Shown in pieces: positions 10,700 to 20,512 of a DNA stretch of 64,000 bases. Each line of letters begins with the position of its first letter. Position 1 is the stretch's first letter. Location of the stretch: positions 1-64,000 of the forward strand of contig JBGSZS010000019.1 of NCBI GenBank assembly GCA_041750285.1. The letters are read 5' to 3'. The position numbers and the translations under genes were made by a program. Origin of the DNA: Candidatus Fermentibacteraceae bacterium (lineage in GTDB: Bacteria > Fermentibacterota > Fermentibacteria > Fermentibacterales > JCC-6). A model generated the notes under the pieces. It ran no database searches. It had not been told where the DNA came from and saw only the letters and a program-made list of their open reading frames with translations.

Positions 10700-11467
10700 A
10701 TGGAACAGGTCAGACTGACGACCCGTGACTACTCTCTCTTCTACGGCGAGTTCAGGGCGTTGAACGGCATAAGCCTCTCGATCCCGGCCAACCGGATCAC
10801 GGCGTTCATAGGCCCTTCGGGTTGCGGCAAGAGCACCCTTCTTCGAAGTTTCAACAGGATGAACGAGCTGATACCCGGTGTTCGGACCGAGGGCACGGTC
10901 CTGCTGGATGATGGCGACATCTTCAAAGAGGATGTGGTGAACCTCAGGAAGAGGGTGGGCATGGTGTTCCAGCGCCCCAACCCCTTCCCCAAGTCCATTT
11001 TCGACAACGTTACCTACGGTCCCAGGGTACACGGCGTGAGAAACCGCTCGAAGCTCGCGGCGATCGCCGAAGAAAGCCTCACCAGGGCGGCATTGTGGGA
11101 CGAGGTCAAGGACCAGCTCCACAAGTCGGCCATGGCACTGTCCGGCGGGCAGCAGCAGAGGCTCTGCATAGCCCGTGCCATAGCCGTCTCACCGGAGGTC
11201 ATCCTCATGGATGAGCCTGCGTCTGCACTCGATCCCGTTGCCACGATAAAGATCGAAGAACTGATGAACACCCTCAAGGAGAAGTACACGATAGTCATCG
11301 TGACCCACAACATGCAGCAGGCGGCCCGTGTATCGGATTTCACGGCCTTCCTTCTCACCGATGAGAACAGGGCCGGGAACATGGTGGAATTCGGCCCCAC
11401 CAACAGGATCTTCACTTCCCCCTCGGACCGGAGGACTGAAGACTACATCACCGGCCGGTTCGGATAG
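10700..11467 (+). CDS. pstB: Phosphate ABC transporter ATP-binding protein
   Basis: [37 protein letters not shown]-terminal YITGRFG. Confidence 0.97.
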   Translation: MEQVRLTTRDYSLFYGEFRALNGISLSIPANRITAFIGPSGCGKSTLLRSFNRMNELIPGVRTEGTVLLDDGDIFKEDVVNLRKRVGMVFQRPNPFPKSIFDNVTYGPRVHGVRNRSKLAAIAEESLTRAALWDEVKDQLHKSAMALSGGQQQRLCIARAIAVSPEVILMDEPASALDPVATIKIEELMNTLKEKYTIVIVTHNMQQAARVSDFTAFLLTDENRAGNMVEFGPTNRIFTSPSDRRTEDYITGRFG

Positions 11468-11481
11468 AAGGAGATGCCGTA

Positions 11482-12135
11482 ATGGGCAGGGAACAGTATC
11501 AGCTTGAGCTTCAGGAACTGAAGAACCAGATGACGTCCGTGGTGGAGCTGGTCAAAAAGAACATAAGGGATTCCATTAGGTTCCTCGGAAACCGTGACAT
11601 GAAGGGCGCCGGGCTCGTGATCGAATCCGACGAGCAGGTGAATCACAAGTGCTGGGACATCGAGGAGCACTGCATCAGGCTCATTGCGACCCAGCAGCCG
11701 GTGGCGGGCGACCTCCGTTTCATTTTCAGCGTCCTTCAGATCACCAACGAGGTGGAGCGCATAGGCGACTACGCCAAGGGCATTGCGAGGATCAGCAGGA
11801 AGATAGGCGCTGAACCGCTCATCAAACCCCTCATAGACATACCGAGAATGGGCGACATCGCCGTCGGGATGCTGGAGGATGCGCTCAGGGCGTTTTCCGA
11901 AGGCGACAGTGAGGCTGCCCGTGAGATCCCCACCAGGGACATACAGATCGACATCCTGTACAGGCAGGTGCACAGGGAGTTGCTTACCTTCGTCATGGAG
12001 CGCCCGACCAACATGGAGCAGTGCATGCTTCTCGACTGGGTTGCCCACAACCTGGAGCGTGTGGGCGACAGGGTTATCAACATCTGCGAGAGAGTGATCT
12101 TCACCGGCACCGGGGAAGTCGTTGATTTCAACTGA
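11482..12135 (+). CDS. phoU: Phosphate signalling complex protein PhoU
   Basis: QQPVAGDLR, ERIGDYA, LERVGDRVINICE. Confidence 0.95.
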   Translation: MGREQYQLELQELKNQMTSVVELVKKNIRDSIRFLGNRDMKGAGLVIESDEQVNHKCWDIEEHCIRLIATQQPVAGDLRFIFSVLQITNEVERIGDYAKGIARISRKIGAEPLIKPLIDIPRMGDIAVGMLEDALRAFSEGDSEAAREIPTRDIQIDILYRQVHRELLTFVMERPTNMEQCMLLDWVAHNLERVGDRVINICERVIFTGTGEVVDFN

Positions 12136-12276
12136 ACCTTCACCTACGCCTCACGCCGCCCTGAAGGCGCCGGGAGCCTTCGAGGAACAATCCCGGACTC
12201 CTCCTGTCTGCCGGCCTGCGCCTCACCCCACGCGGGCCGGCTCCCGGAACCCGGACCAAACCCGAAAGGAACGAGC

Positions 12277-13056
12277 ATGAAAAAAGCGGTAGTCAGCCTT
12301 CTCGCACTGGCCGCCTTCGCAATGGCCACCGAAGTCACCCTTGCAGGATCAACCACCGTTCAGCCCCTTGCAGAGACGCTTGGCGAAGCGTTCGAATCCT
12401 CCCATGCAGGTGTAACCATAACCGTCTCAGGTGGCGGCAGCAGTGTTGGCGTGAAGAGCGCAGCCGAGGGAACCGTCAACATCGGCATGGCCTCCAGGGA
12501 GATCAAGACCTCCGAACTCGCCGAGTACCCGGCCATGGTCGTTCACACGATCGCCCGCGATGGCATCGCCATCGTTGTTCACCCGGGGTGCACCGTTGCC
12601 GGCCTCAGCATGGAGCAGGTCAGGGGCATCTTCGACGGCTCAATCGACAACTGGTCGCAGGTCGGCGGCTCATCCATGGCCATCACGGTCGTTGCCCGCG
12701 AAGAGGGTTCGGGAACGAGGGCCGCGTTCGAGGAAATTGTCATGGGCGACGCCCTCATCACCGACATGGCCATCCTCCAGCCCTCGAACGGCGCGGTCAG
12801 GACCACCATCAACACCACCCCCGGAACCGTTGGATTTCTCAGCTTCGGTTACCTTGATTCCAGTGTGAAGGCACTCGCCGTCGGTGGCTCTACCCCCACC
12901 ACCGCCCATGTGAATGACGGCAGCTACCCCGTCGTGAGACCCCTCAACCTTGTCACCATGGGTCAGCCCTCAGGCGCCGTGGCGCAGTTCATAGACTTCG
13001 TTTTCAGCGCCGAAGGCCAGTCCATCGTGGCAGAAGACTACATACCGGTCAGGTAA
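12277..13056 (+). CDS. pstS: Second phosphate-binding protein (non-lipoprotein PstS paralog)
   Basis: Same PstS motifs as 8063..8911; Sec-type signal with no lipobox Cys. Confidence 0.9.
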   Translation: MKKAVVSLLALAAFAMATEVTLAGSTTVQPLAETLGEAFESSHAGVTITVSGGGSSVGVKSAAEGTVNIGMASREIKTSELAEYPAMVVHTIARDGIAIVVHPGCTVAGLSMEQVRGIFDGSIDNWSQVGGSSMAITVVAREEGSGTRAAFEEIVMGDALITDMAILQPSNGAVRTTINTTPGTVGFLSFGYLDSSVKALAVGGSTPTTAHVNDGSYPVVRPLNLVTMGQPSGAVAQFIDFVFSAEGQSIVAEDYIPVR

Positions 13057-13078
13057 CTCCCCATAGCTGAAGTTCTGT

Positions 13079-13115
13079 GCGGGGCAGGCGTGAAAAAGTC
13101 TGCCCCGCTTGTTTA
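13079..13115 (+). terminator. Intrinsic terminator after pstS2
   Basis: GCGGGGCAGG...TCTGCCCCGC hairpin followed by TTGTTT. Confidence 0.7.
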
Positions 13116-13278
13116 GTTCCCTTCCAACAAGCATGTATCAATGGAAGGATGGCAGGGTCAGACAACTGCTCGAGCGGCTTCTGGGGACAGTGGCTATCCC
13201 GCCAAGGCAATACGAGTGGGACCGGCTCCCCCCCGGAGAAGCAGACGGGCCGTTGACTGTTAACGAAGGGGGAGGATC

Positions 13279-14493
13279 ATGCGAAGGTTTTCTGGTGCGA
13301 CATTCATGCTTTTGTTGCCGGTTCTTTCCTCGACTCCGGGGTTTGCCCTTTACAGCGGAGAAGTCGTGGCCTGGGGCAGGAACAACTGGACCCAGTGCAA
13401 CGTACCTGCGCCGAACGGCAACTTCGTCGAAGTTGCGGCGGGCGAGGGTCACAGTCTTGGTCTCAGGGCGGACGGCTCCATCGTGGCCTGGGGGAGGAAC
13501 GACTTCGGTCAGTGCAACGTGCCGGCACCAAACACGGGCTATGTCGCGGTGGCGGCCGGGATGTACCACAGCATCGGTCTCAGACAGAACGGCGTGATCG
13601 TTGCCTGGGGCGACAACACCTACGGTCAGTGCAGTGTGCCATACCCCAACAACGGGTATACGGCAGTGGCTGCGGGCTGGAGCCATACGCTGGGTCTCAG
13701 GGCAGACGGCTCCGTCCTGGGCTGGGGAGAAAACTGGTACGGGCAGTGCACGGCTCCCGCACCCAATCAGGGCTTTGTCTCGGTGACTGCGGGGTACGAC
13801 CACAGTGCGGGGCTCAAAGCCGACGGGACGATCGTTGCCTGGGGAAGGAACGAGTACGGCCAGTGCAACGTCGCCTCACCGAATCTGGGGTACATCGCAG
13901 TCGAAGCGGGTGCACAGCACACTCTCGGGCTGCGGGACGACGGTTCGGTTGCGGCCTGGGGCAGGAACGACTCCGGCCAGTGCAACGTCGCCGTGCCCAA
14001 CGTAGACTTCGTTGACATAGCCGGCGGGAGCTGGCACAGCCTGGGACTGAAGTCATACGGTTCCATCGTGGCCTGGGGCAGCAACAGCTATGGTCAGCGA
14101 ACGGTACCCTCGCCCAACGAGGGCTTCGTAGAACTGGCCGGGGGAGAGAACCACAGTCTCGGAGTGCGCGAATTCACTGCGGTGGAGAGTGAGACCTTTG
14201 CAGGTGTGGACCCCTCCCACCTTGCAATCACCGGGATTTCTCCCAACCCGGTCCGTTCAACGGCAACCATCGCTTTCAGCTCTCCCGGCTTTGCGTCGCT
14301 CACGCTCGAGGTATTCGACATCACGGGTCGTCTGGCAGATGCCGAAGAGCTTGGACAATCTCCCGCGGGGGACAACTATATCGTTTGGGACTGCAGGGGA
14401 TTCGGCAGTTCCGAACCCGCTCCCGGGGTCTACATCGTAACCATCAGTGGAGGGGGTCAGCAGGCATCCGCCAGGATGGTTCTGCTCAGGTAG
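13279..14493 (+). CDS. Secreted RCC1/BLIP-II-like seven-repeat beta-propeller with C-terminal FlgD/T9SS-like domain
   Basis: Signal peptide; 7 repeats of G.IVAWG.N..GQC.VP.PN.G...VAAG..HSLGL; C-terminus SPNPV...VFDITGR...WD...PGVYIV. Confidence 0.85.
   Translation: MRRFSGATFMLLLPVLSSTPGFALYSGEVVAWGRNNWTQCNVPAPNGNFVEVAAGEGHSLGLRADGSIVAWGRNDFGQCNVPAPNTGYVAVAAGMYHSIGLRQNGVIVAWGDNTYGQCSVPYPNNGYTAVAAGWSHTLGLRADGSVLGWGENWYGQCTAPAPNQGFVSVTAGYDHSAGLKADGTIVAWGRNEYGQCNVASPNLGYIAVEAGAQHTLGLRDDGSVAAWGRNDSGQCNVAVPNVDFVDIAGGSWHSLGLKSYGSIVAWGSNSYGQRTVPSPNEGFVELAGGENHSLGVREFTAVESETFAGVDPSHLAITGISPNPVRSTATIAFSSPGFASLTLEVFDITGRLADAEELGQSPAGDNYIVWDCRGFGSSEPAPGVYIVTISGGGQQASARMVLLR
13357..14175 (+). repeat. Seven tandem 117-bp (39-aa) coding repeats
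   Basis: GCCTGGGG (AWG) recurs at 117-nt spacing (GGCTGGGG in repeat 4). Confidence 0.9.
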
Positions 14494-14531
14494 ACCTGGA
14501 ACTGATGGGGCTGTCCGGAAGGCGCCGATGA

Positions 14532-15908
14532 ATGATGATGTACGAAAACCTTCGTGACCGGTTCATCCGGGCGGGATACCGGCTTTACATCGTCGGGGGT
14601 TACGTGAGGGACAGACTGCTCGGGGTTCCGCCCGGCGGCGATACCGATCTCTCCACCGATGCCGTTCCCGAAAAGGTTCGCGCGATTCTTGAGGAAGCCG
14701 GGCTGGCTGTTCTGGACATGGGCATCGAATTCGGCACGCTGACGGCCCGTGATACCGAAACCGGAGAGATGTGCGAGGTAACGACGCTCAGAACCGGTGA
14801 GAGGTACTTCCCCGGTTCCCGGCACCCCAAGGTGACTTTCGGGAGCGACATCACGGATGACCTTTCCCGAAGGGACTTCACCGTGAACGCCATGGCGCTA
14901 GACGAGAACGGTTCCCTCATCGATCCCCTGGGAGGCGGGAGGGACCTGGAGCTCAGACTGCTCCGGACCCCGGGAGACCCCGGCGTTTCCTTCCGTGAGG
15001 ATCCACTCCGCATCCTCAGGGCATTCCGCTTCATGGCCACACTGGGTTTCTCGATAGAGCTCAGAACTGCGGCGGGCATCCGCGAACACGCCTGCGGTCT
15101 TGCTCACGTGGCTGCGGAGAGGAAACTGAAGGAGATGAACCTGCTGCTCCAGGCCCCAGGTGAAAACCTGCCGGACACACTGAACGCGATGCTGGAAAGC
15201 GGGGTTCTCCCGGAACTACTGCCCGAACTCTCAGGTCTGGCTTCACTCAGGGGGGCGCCCCAGGGACGTCACCACAACCTTGATGCATGGGAACACACTC
15301 TTCTTGCAGTGAGCAATACGCCGCCCGACCCCATCCTCCGCTGGGCCGCCCTCTTTCACGATTCAGGGAAGGCCGGGGCGGCAACAATCGGAAAGGACGG
15401 CCAGCCCCATTTCCACGGCCACGAACGGGCGGGTTCCGTTCTGGCCACGAAGGCTGCTGAGTCCATGCGTTTCTCCAGGGTGTGGCGAAGGGCCGTGGAG
15501 TTCCTTGTCCTGAACCACATGAGACCCGTGCTCTACAGAAGCGACTGGAGCGACGGCGCAGTACGAAAGCTTGCAGTTGCCGCAGACGGGAACCTTGAAA
15601 GGCTGCTTGCCCTGGCCGAGGCCGATATCCGATCAAAGGCTCCTGAAACGGTAATGGAAGGCCTTGAAAGACTTGCTGAACTGAGGGAGAGGCTCGGAAG
15701 CGTCCCGGCAGAGAAAAGACTTCTTGCCAAAGGCACGGGCAGGGTTTTACGGGAGGCTCTGGGACTTTCCGGGAAACACCTTGCAGAGGCTGTCGGCAGA
15801 CTGGAGGAAGCCGTGCTTTCCGGATGGCTTCCGTCCCAGCCCGATCCCGAGCTGTGCGTCAGGTTTCTTTCGTCCGCAGACGGGGGAACAGGAACACCAG
15901 GGCCATGA
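14532..15908 (+). CDS. cca: CCA tRNA nucleotidyltransferase with HD domain
   Basis: VGGYVRD, DTDLST, RRDFTVNAMA, EDPLRILRAFRF; HD region WEHTL...LFHDSGK...FHGHE. Confidence 0.85.
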   Translation: MMMYENLRDRFIRAGYRLYIVGGYVRDRLLGVPPGGDTDLSTDAVPEKVRAILEEAGLAVLDMGIEFGTLTARDTETGEMCEVTTLRTGERYFPGSRHPKVTFGSDITDDLSRRDFTVNAMALDENGSLIDPLGGGRDLELRLLRTPGDPGVSFREDPLRILRAFRFMATLGFSIELRTAAGIREHACGLAHVAAERKLKEMNLLLQAPGENLPDTLNAMLESGVLPELLPELSGLASLRGAPQGRHHNLDAWEHTLLAVSNTPPDPILRWAALFHDSGKAGAATIGKDGQPHFHGHERAGSVLATKAAESMRFSRVWRRAVEFLVLNHMRPVLYRSDWSDGAVRKLAVAADGNLERLLALAEADIRSKAPETVMEGLERLAELRERLGSVPAEKRLLAKGTGRVLREALGLSGKHLAEAVGRLEEAVLSGWLPSQPDPELCVRFLSSADGGTGTPGP

Positions 15909-16788
15909 TCCCCCATGACAGAAGGATCCGGCCGAGGGAGATCATCGGGGTCCAGGCGCCAAGAGTCGCCACGAGTGCGGTGTCCTCGACTATGGCGTGG
16001 CACAGGCTCATGAAACACACCGCTGCCATGACCTGGCGGCGGGGTATGTCACCCTTCGAAGCGGCATTAATAACCAGCCCGCCACCGTAGGAGATCCCAA
16101 GCACAAGCCCCACCACGGTGATGGTGGTTGCCTCGGGACCAATGCCGACCAGCCTGAAAGCCGGCCCCAGAAGCTTCTGAAGGAACCTGGTGAAACCCAG
16201 CCTCTCGAGAACCGCAAGGGCCAGAAGGACGATGAAGATCACAAGCAGGATCGTTCCCATGGTCTTTGCCAGCCCCAGCAGCCAGTCGGCGACCCCGCCC
16301 GAGCTGGGAACGCCGCGCCACAGGATGACCGGCTTTCCGGAAAAGACCCCCACGAATCCCGTGACTTTCAGCAGGATTCCAGCCAGCATGGCAGTACCCA
16401 CCCTGAGGGGTATTACGAGCAGCGGGCTCACGCCGGAGCGGGCGGCAACGGTGACTTCCACGGGCATGGAGTGCGCCAGAAGAAGCATCATGCCAAGGGA
16501 GGTGACCTGTCCCACTGTCAGGTCGAGGCTTCCGGCCATGCCCGCCATCAGGGCCAGACCCCCGTACATGTTCGTGAGCATGCCGGTGATCCAGACAATA
16601 CCTGTTTCTCCGGGAAGACCCGCGGCTCGCATGACGGGGGCCATCAACCCGCCCAGGGGCCCGAGGACCCCGAGGAGGGAGACGAGACGCACGAGCAGCA
16701 GCGCAGGGACCATTACACGGAAAAGAATCCACCCGGTGGAGAGGGTGTTCTTTGCCGTGCCTGCAAGGAATCTCAGCGCTTTTTTCAC
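15859..16788 (-). CDS. Nucleoside-recognition (Gate) domain membrane protein
   Basis: About 8 TM helices; GLPGE...WITGMLTNMYGG, GLVLGISYGGGL, LCHAIVEDT. Confidence 0.75.
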   Translation of the reverse strand: MKKALRFLAGTAKNTLSTGWILFRVMVPALLLVRLVSLLGVLGPLGGLMAPVMRAAGLPGETGIVWITGMLTNMYGGLALMAGMAGSLDLTVGQVTSLGMMLLLAHSMPVEVTVAARSGVSPLLVIPLRVGTAMLAGILLKVTGFVGVFSGKPVILWRGVPSSGGVADWLLGLAKTMGTILLVIFIVLLALAVLERLGFTRFLQKLLGPAFRLVGIGPEATTITVVGLVLGISYGGGLVINAASKGDIPRRQVMAAVCFMSLCHAIVEDTALVATLGAWTPMISLGRILLSWGIMALVFLFPRLRTKET

Positions 16789-16810
16789 GGCCGAGATATA
16801 ATGCGGGTCT

Positions 16811-18127
16811 ATGGAAACGGCACTATCCGACGGAGTGTTCGCAGATGTCCAGGCCTCCGGGGTCCCCGGCAGCGGGGTGCTTCTTGAGGTTGCCTGGGCC
16901 CTGGGAGAGGGGCGTGTTCACTGCTTCACGGTGAAACCTCCCCCAGGGGCTTCCGTTCCGGCCATTGTCCGCTCTTTGACGGGCATCACGCCTGGTGAGT
17001 CCTCAAGTGGTCTTCAGCTCACCGAAGCGGCTCACCTGCTGAGGGCTGCGCTTGCATCGGGCACTCTCATCGCACACCATGCGCAGTACGAACTGAAGTG
17101 GCTGAGGTGGCTCACGGGAATGCCGCTGACCGAATACGTTTGCACCAGGGAACTTGCACGGGAGAGGCTGCCGGGTCTTCGGGCCTTCGGGCTGAGGGCC
17201 GTGGCAGGCTATCTGGGCTGGCCGCTTCCGGAACTGAGACGTGCCGGGGAGCACGTGGAAGCGACCAGGTTCGTCTGGTTCCACATGCCGGAGACTCCCG
17301 AGCCTTCGAAAAGCAGGGTGAAAAGGGAGGACAGGCTTTCCGCGCCAGATGCACCGGGTGTTTACGAGATGCTTGATTCAAGTGGGGCGGTTCTATACGT
17401 CGGAAAGTCGAGAAGCATAAGGAAAAGGCTTGCCTCATGGTTCACTGGCGGCCGCGGCAGAACGGCGGGAGAGCTTTCGGCCCGGGCTCACCATGTGCGC
17501 TGGACGGTCTGTTCCTGCCCGTTCACGGCATCCATGCTTGAAGCAAGGCTGATACTCGGGCTGGACCCCCCGTGCAACAGGGCGGGAAGGCCATCCAGAA
17601 ATAGATGCACGTACCTGTGGGCCGACTGGAGCACACATGATGACCCGCCGCAGAACGGGATCTTCAGGGGACCGTTCCCTTCCGAAGCATCCCTGAACGG
17701 GCTTCTTCTGGCCCACCGGCTTCTCGGGGGGGAAGAAGCCGGCGAACACGCCGACCTCCTGCCCGCCCTCAGTGAGGTGTGCCCTGACGGAAACCTCTTC
17801 CTCCTTGGTCTCAGGTGCTTCCGCCGCGAAGAACCCGAGGAACCGGCAGATCTGGACAGGCTTCTTGGGGGCGTTGCGCACGGTGCCCTGCTGGCGAGAA
17901 GGGGTGCCCTTCTCAGGTTGATCAGGGGTTGTACGGTACACTGGACGGGCGGAGAGCTTCAGGACCCACTTGCATGGCCGGACACGGAGGGTGAACTGAA
18001 ACTTCTCGGGGCATTGCTTGCCGGGCTGAGGGAACTGGATGCCGAAGGCATGTCACCCGCGGTCGAAATCCCGGGCAAGCGTGACCTTTCATCGGACCAA
18101 ATCCATGAGCTTCTTAGGTTTGTGTGA
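16811..18127 (+). CDS. DnaQ-like (degenerate DEDDh) + GIY-YIG (UvrC/Cho-like) nuclease fusion
   Basis: N-terminal exonuclease-like region (SLTGIT, LIAHHA, YVCTRELAR..LP); PGVYEM...LYVGKS..IRKRL...LEARLI...PPCN. Confidence 0.75.
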   Translation: METALSDGVFADVQASGVPGSGVLLEVAWALGEGRVHCFTVKPPPGASVPAIVRSLTGITPGESSSGLQLTEAAHLLRAALASGTLIAHHAQYELKWLRWLTGMPLTEYVCTRELARERLPGLRAFGLRAVAGYLGWPLPELRRAGEHVEATRFVWFHMPETPEPSKSRVKREDRLSAPDAPGVYEMLDSSGAVLYVGKSRSIRKRLASWFTGGRGRTAGELSARAHHVRWTVCSCPFTASMLEARLILGLDPPCNRAGRPSRNRCTYLWADWSTHDDPPQNGIFRGPFPSEASLNGLLLAHRLLGGEEAGEHADLLPALSEVCPDGNLFLLGLRCFRREEPEEPADLDRLLGGVAHGALLARRGALLRLIRGCTVHWTGGELQDPLAWPDTEGELKLLGALLAGLRELDAEGMSPAVEIPGKRDLSSDQIHELLRFV

Positions 18128-18144
18128 TCCGGCCGAAACCCCTG

Positions 18145-18246
18145 TGTGGAAAACACTGTTGAAACATGGTGGACGTATCGAGAAATACGCTCTGAATGGG
18201 CATTTATGAGGTAACCGAGACTGTGGACAACTCGGTAAGTTCAACA
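18145..18246. promoter_or_regulatory. Cluster of DnaA-box-like 9-mers between convergent genes
   Basis: TGTGGAAAA (18145), TGTTGAAAC (18157), GGTGGACGT (18168), TGTGGACAA (18222), AGTTCAACA (18238). Confidence 0.5.
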
Positions 18247-18298
18247 CTTTTCCTGAACATGGGCGTTCCCGAAGACATGTCCGGGAAGTATGGATGAT

Positions 18299-19081
18299 TC
18301 AGTCCGACCGGGCCTGTGCAATGAAGACGAGCTCGCCTGCGCCAACCGGTTCGCCCCTGTAGCCGCCGAAGACCTCCCTCACCCTGAAACCCGACAGTGC
18401 CAGCAGGTGCTCGGCCTCGAAACGGTACGTCCAGCGCATGGTGAAGGGCTGCACAAACCTTTCCCGGCGGCCGTCGGGGTGCAGGACGTGGTAGATCATC
18501 TCGCAGTGGCAGACCTGGGCCGTCCTGTCTATGCAGGGCGTGCGGTAGCGGACGGTGAGTTCACTGCCGTCGGGAAGCCCCGTCGGAGGTTCATCCCCGA
18601 ACTCGTTCACCCTGCCCCTGTCGGTCAGTATGTCGAGGTCGGGGTCGAAGATGTCGAGCACGAACGTGCCGCCCGGGGCCAGATGGTTTCTGACGCACCC
18701 GAGGCATGCAAGCTGCTCTTCGGGGGTCGTCAGGTGCTGGAACGGCCTGAACGGGGTCACTATGAGGCCGAACCTGCAGTCGATCGAGAAATCGGTCATG
18801 TCGGCCTGAACGAATCCCGCGCGCTCCTGTATGGAACCGGGGAGGGAGGAAACCTTTTGCCGGGCGACATCGAGCATGTCGGGGCAAAGATCGAGCCCCG
18901 TGACCGAAGCTCCCGCCTCCAGCATGGGAACGGTAACCCGTCCGGTGCCGCACCCGATCTCGAGAACGGGGCCTTTTGAGGCGGCAGCCAGTCCGGAGTA
19001 GAACTCGATGTCGTCCCTGCCGCCGACGGATTCAACCTGGGCATCGTAGTACCGGGCGAATCCCCTGTAGAAGTCAGCCAT
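18299..19081 (-). CDS. Class I SAM-dependent methyltransferase
   Basis: VLEIGCGTGR, GLDLCPDML, VQADMTDF, HLAPGGTFVLD. Confidence 0.92.
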   Translation of the reverse strand: MADFYRGFARYYDAQVESVGGRDDIEFYSGLAAASKGPVLEIGCGTGRVTVPMLEAGASVTGLDLCPDMLDVARQKVSSLPGSIQERAGFVQADMTDFSIDCRFGLIVTPFRPFQHLTTPEEQLACLGCVRNHLAPGGTFVLDIFDPDLDILTDRGRVNEFGDEPPTGLPDGSELTVRYRTPCIDRTAQVCHCEMIYHVLHPDGRRERFVQPFTMRWTYRFEAEHLLALSGFRVREVFGGYRGEPVGAGELVFIAQARSD

Positions 19082-19145
19082 CCTTCACTGCCCTTCGGCG
19101 AATGAATATACTTGTGTCCGGAATCAATACGGAAGGAAGGTCTTC

Positions 19146-20474
19146 ATGTACAGGTTTCCCGCAGGCGTGTTTTCGGATGTCCGTCTGGAGGAGAGCGTCA
19201 CGACGGTGATCGTCTTCGTCATGGGCAGGCTGGAGCAGAAAAGGGTGAGGACGGAGAAGACGGCTTTCATCAGGGTGTTCGACGGCATCAGATGGTACTT
19301 CTCATCGCTCACCGACACACGGCCCCCGAAGGTGCAGGAGAAACTCGACGACCTGGCGGCAATGGCCGGTGCAGGGGGTATTGCGGGACACCCTGTCCTC
19401 GACCGCCTGTCCCGTGCACGTGGCGAAGTGATCTCCGGCCGCCCCGATGGAACTGTAGAGTCGAAGACCGCGGTACTTGAGTCGTATTTCGGCGAACTGA
19501 AGGCGTTCCCGCAGATCGCTTCATGGCAGGGTTTCCTGGGGGACGGGTATTCCCGCAAGAGGATCGTCTCGAGCCTTGGCGCGGACATCTCCTTCGACAG
19601 GTTCCACTGCGGGATCGGGATTGGTTTCTCCATGGCCGAAGGGGAATCCCGCGCATCCGAGCAGTTCATGAAGACCGGCCTTGTCCCTGCAGACCTTGAG
19701 GGATGTCAGGATGGGCTTCGGGAGCGCCTTAAGAAGACGCTCGACTACCTCGGCAATGCGATCGATGTCGTTCCGGGTGAGCACACGGTCGTCCTCTCCC
19801 CCCTTGCGGCAGGTGTTTTTGCCCACGAGAGCTTTGGCCACAAGAGTGAGGCGGACTTCATGACCGGAGACGAAACAATGCTTCGGGAGTGGCCGCTGGG
19901 CACCACGGTGGGTCCCGGGATCCTCTCAATCTGGGATGACGGAACGGTGCCCGGTACGGGCTTCACACCGTACGATGACGAGGGAACCCCCGGCGGAAGG
20001 ACTTTCCTCGTCAAGAACGGCGTGCTCTCCGGCAGGCTCCACAGCGCCATCACCGCCGCCGAACTCCGGGAGGGACCCACCGGGAACGCCCGCGCCGTGA
20101 ACTTCAACTACGAGCCCATTCCCAGGATGACAACGACCTGCATCGAGCCGGGTGACATTTCGAAGAAGGACCTCTTCGGGGGGATAGAGGATGGGGTATT
20201 CGTCGAGACCGTTAAGCACGGTTCGGGGATGTCAACCTTCACCATCGCGCCCAACCTTGCCTATAGGATCCGCGGGGGCGAGATAAGCGAACCCCTCAAG
20301 GTGTCGGTGATAACCGGGAACGTGATGGAGACCCTGGGCGAGATCGACGGTCTTTCGAGTGAGTGGGAGGTGCTGGGCTTCGTGGGGGGCGGTTGCGGCA
20401 AGATGGAGCAGTATCCGCTGCCGGTTGGTTTTGGCGGACCCTTCGTAAGGGTGCGCAGAATGCAGGTGAACTAG
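19146..20474 (+). CDS. tldD: TldD family metalloprotease
   Basis: FAHESFGHKSEAD (HExxxH), YDDEG, TGNARA...PIPRMT, C-terminal GGCGK. Confidence 0.9.
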   Translation: MYRFPAGVFSDVRLEESVTTVIVFVMGRLEQKRVRTEKTAFIRVFDGIRWYFSSLTDTRPPKVQEKLDDLAAMAGAGGIAGHPVLDRLSRARGEVISGRPDGTVESKTAVLESYFGELKAFPQIASWQGFLGDGYSRKRIVSSLGADISFDRFHCGIGIGFSMAEGESRASEQFMKTGLVPADLEGCQDGLRERLKKTLDYLGNAIDVVPGEHTVVLSPLAAGVFAHESFGHKSEADFMTGDETMLREWPLGTTVGPGILSIWDDGTVPGTGFTPYDDEGTPGGRTFLVKNGVLSGRLHSAITAAELREGPTGNARAVNFNYEPIPRMTTTCIEPGDISKKDLFGGIEDGVFVETVKHGSGMSTFTIAPNLAYRIRGGEISEPLKVSVITGNVMETLGEIDGLSSEWEVLGFVGGGCGKMEQYPLPVGFGGPFVRVRRMQVN

Positions 20475-20512
20475 ATAATGAAACCGGATCTGTGCAGGGT
20501 GGAGGAATGAAC

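Noticed and set aside
13109..13278. Possible leader peptide or ncRNA upstream of the RCC1-repeat gene
   Set aside because: No convincing SD, known RNA motif or stable distinctive structure.
13357..14175. 117-bp periodic repeats as a CRISPR array or DGR target
   Set aside because: They are in-frame coding repeats with synonymous variation; no spacers, cas genes, reverse transcriptase or template repeat in the window.
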